A stretch of 64,000 nucleotides of DNA, from the sequence record SRR9188677_103, one strand, 5' to 3'. The position numbers were made by a program, and so were the translations under genes. Positions 61,881 through 64,000 of this stretch are shown one piece after another. The notes below the pieces were generated by a model. It had not been told where the DNA came from. It searched no databases and worked only from the letters and a program-made list of their open reading frames with translations. Each line of letters starts with the position of its first letter. Within the stretch, counting starts at the first letter, position 1.

Positions 61881-62924
61881 TCAATTAATCAGGTCCCATT
61901 GTAAAGGGGTTCCCTTGGCAATATCCTGCCTTACCGTTTTACCCAATACCTGTTCAAAATATTTGGGTGCCAGTCCCTGGCCCGGTCTTACACAACGCAG
62001 ATTATCCCGAGTAAGTGTTTCGCCCGCTTTGATGTTCTCGGATATATAGAGGGACCTGCGGAACTGCAGGGATTTTTTTTCAGCTTCTGTTGGGCCATAG
62101 GTAATTTTACCCAGCGCCTGCCAGGCCCTTTCTGTTTCCGTTACCAGGCTTGCAAACTCTTCGGGTTCCAGTGAAAATGCGCTGTCCACTCCCCCATCCG
62201 CTCTTCGCAGTGTAAAATGTTTTTCAATCACACAAACGCCCAATGCTACTGCAGCAACTGCCACACCGATACCCATGGTATGATCCGATAATCCGATCTC
62301 GCAATTGAAGAGCTGACGCATATGCGGTATGGTTTGCAGGTTGCTGTTTGCAGGGATCGCGGGATAGGTGCTGGTACATTTTAACAGGATGAGGTCCCGG
62401 CAACCAGCCTCCCTTGCCGCTGTAACCGCATCTGTCAGTTCAGCAAGAGAAGCCATGCCTGTAGAAATGATCATGGGTTTGCCGGTTGCTGCTACCTTCC
62501 GGATCAATGGCAGGTGATTATTTTCAAAAGAAGCAATCTTATATGCGGGAACGTTGAGTGTTTCCAGAAAATCAACTGCAGTCTCATCAAAGGGACTGCT
62601 GAAACAAACCATACCCAGTTCATTGGCCCTTTTCATAATAGGTTCGTGCCATTCCCATGGTGTATAGGCTTCCTTGTACAGCTTATGCAGGGTTTTACCG
62701 TTCCATAAACTATTGTTATCCTCAATCTGGAAATCTTTGGTAGACACATCAAGTGTAATCGTATCAGCCGTATAGGTCTGTAATTTCAAGGCATGAGCAC
62801 CTGCTTTGGCAGCCGCTTCCACAATTTCCATTGCCCTGTCGAGTGAGTTATTATGATTCCCCGACATTTCCGCAATCAGAAATGGTTTGTAGCTGGCTCC
62901 TATATCAATATTACTTATTCGCAT
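61881..62924 (-). CDS. pseI: Pseudaminic acid synthase
   Basis: IAEMSGNHN, KLQTYTADT, YTPWEWH, KIASFE, LKCTSTYP, GLSDHT, IEKHFTL..GGVDSAFSLEP, C-terminal SAF domain; ATG 62924. Confidence 0.9.
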   Translation of the reverse strand: MRISNIDIGASYKPFLIAEMSGNHNNSLDRAMEIVEAAAKAGAHALKLQTYTADTITLDVSTKDFQIEDNNSLWNGKTLHKLYKEAYTPWEWHEPIMKRANELGMVCFSSPFDETAVDFLETLNVPAYKIASFENNHLPLIRKVAATGKPMIISTGMASLAELTDAVTAAREAGCRDLILLKCTSTYPAIPANSNLQTIPHMRQLFNCEIGLSDHTMGIGVAVAAVALGVCVIEKHFTLRRADGGVDSAFSLEPEEFASLVTETERAWQALGKITYGPTEAEKKSLQFRRSLYISENIKAGETLTRDNLRCVRPGQGLAPKYFEQVLGKTVRQDIAKGTPLQWDLIN

Positions 62925-62931
62925 GCTGCTT

Positions 62932-63381
62932 TTATTTATTATCCAGTGTAAACTTAATGAGTTGAATCCCGTTTTCCTCTGTGATGCCAGTGTTGATAAA
63001 TCCGACCCGTTCAAAAATTTTCACGGAAGCCAGATTGGCCGGTTTCACATAGGCAGCTATCTTTGCCTGGCCGATGGCCGCTAATCCAAGCCGGATTATT
63101 TTCTCGCCATATCCTTTTCCCCTTTGTGCAGCTGAAACAGAGTAACCGATCACCCATTCATCCGCTGCCTGCTCAAAACGGATCAATCCGATATTTTCCG
63201 AATCATCCACCAATATATACATCCGGGTATGGTCACTTTTCAGTTTTCTTTCAAACCATTTTATATGATCTTCCTGTGAGATGGCTGCACTGTTCACAGA
63301 CATTTCCCTCACAGCCGGATCATTTGCCCACCGGAACAGGAGTTCACTGTCGTTCATATCTACTGTTCTAAGTCTGATCAT
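62932..63381 (-). CDS. GNAT N-acetyltransferase (PseH-like)
   Basis: WAND..VR..S, EDHIKWF, IGLIRF, RGKGYG, N.AS..IF..GF; lies between pseG and pseI. Confidence 0.8.
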   Translation of the reverse strand: MIRLRTVDMNDSELLFRWANDPAVREMSVNSAAISQEDHIKWFERKLKSDHTRMYILVDDSENIGLIRFEQAADEWVIGYSVSAAQRGKGYGEKIIRLGLAAIGQAKIAAYVKPANLASVKIFERVGFINTGITEENGIQLIKFTLDNK

Positions 63382-64000
63382 CTGACAAGTTCCCTGAATA
63401 GCTGCCTGAAATGACTTTCAGACGCCAATGGATTTTCGAGTATACTGACCGGGTTTTCTACACGTGCAACCGTATCCGTCACTGTTTGCGCCGTTAGTTC
63501 TTCATGATTTCCTAGACCTACAGCTAAGTTATTATCCACGAAACCATCATATAAGCGTTGCTGGTTTTGTGCGGTAAGTACAGTAAAGCAATACAAACCG
63601 CGTGCGTAAGCTTCTATCAAAACTGTACTCGCAGAAACAAAAGCAAAACGGCACCGGTCCATGACAGCTACAATTGAGTCAGCCGAAAGATTCTGGTAAA
63701 GCGTGGTGCCACCTTCTTCTTCCATGCTCCGAAGTTCACTAAGAAGTTCATTGCTGAAATGGCTGGTACCTAAAACGTGTATATGGCTGAACCTTTTTGA
63801 GGCTTTCAGCCAACGACATACGGAGCGTGTGATGCCGTTTGTATCCGAACCACCCATGCTTACATAGATATCTGCACCGCTTTTTTCATCGGGGAACACC
63901 CTGAAGAAGGCTCTCCGCAAAATAGCATAGTCAAGCCCAATACAAAGCCTTGCCCTTGTAGGCTGATAGCAGGCGGGTGAAAGTCCAGGTGCATGGTTGA
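63378..64000 (-). CDS. pseG: PseG-family UDP-sugar hydrolase (5' end beyond window)
   Basis: Frame is open to the window edge: NHAPG...IGLDYAILRRAF...SMGGSD...SASTV.IEA...AQNQ. Confidence 0.8.
   Translation of the reverse strand, partial: NHAPGLSPACYQPTRARLCIGLDYAILRRAFFRVFPDEKSGADIYVSMGGSDTNGITRSVCRWLKASKRFSHIHVLGTSHFSNELLSELRSMEEEGGTTLYQNLSADSIVAVMDRCRFAFVSASTVLIEAYARGLYCFTVLTAQNQQRLYDGFVDNNLAVGLGNHEELTAQTVTDTVARVENPVSILENPLASESHFRQLFRELVR

Noticed and set aside
11357-64000. Invertible promoter or UpxY-type control of the glycan locus
   Set aside because: No recombinase, no NusG/UpxY paralog and no long inverted repeats flanking a promoter were seen; the main operon's 5' end lies outside the window.

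Overview
Bacteroidota chromosomal segment, probably Chitinophagaceae-like. This is inferred from gene content, TAnnTTTG -7 promoter boxes and AT-rich start regions lacking Shine-Dalgarno sequences. Bases 1-11.3 kb are housekeeping: the 5' part of atpD, a YtxH/holin-like trio, an AI-2E transporter, glpK-glpD-glpF, an EnvC-like protein, DUF4292, dut and a lipoprotein. From about 11.3 kb to the window end is one very large surface-glycan super-locus. It holds wzx, two Wzy-like proteins, Wza/SLBB, Wzz, three Wzi-like barrels, three different priming phosphoglycosyltransferases, about 11 GT2/GT4 enzymes, gmd, 6-deoxy-HexNAc pathways, seven SAM-fold enzymes and the distal pseudaminic-acid genes (pseG, pseH-like, pseI). 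The most unusual part is a co-oriented module at about 51.3-61.8 kb. Its KdsA-family synthase has KDCRS in place of the normally invariant KANRS substrate motif. The module also has a CBS-only protein (KdsD without its SIS isomerase domain), an HpcH-type pyruvate aldolase, two SDRs, a divergent KdsB-like CMP-transferase, two putative sugar O-methyltransferases, a CmoA (carboxy-SAM synthase)-family protein and two orphan GT-B-like proteins. It looks like a pathway for a non-Kdo, possibly undescribed, CMP-activated and O-alkylated ulosonic acid. No rRNA, tRNA, CRISPR array or transposase was recognised. All family calls are motif recognition by eye; no searches were run.
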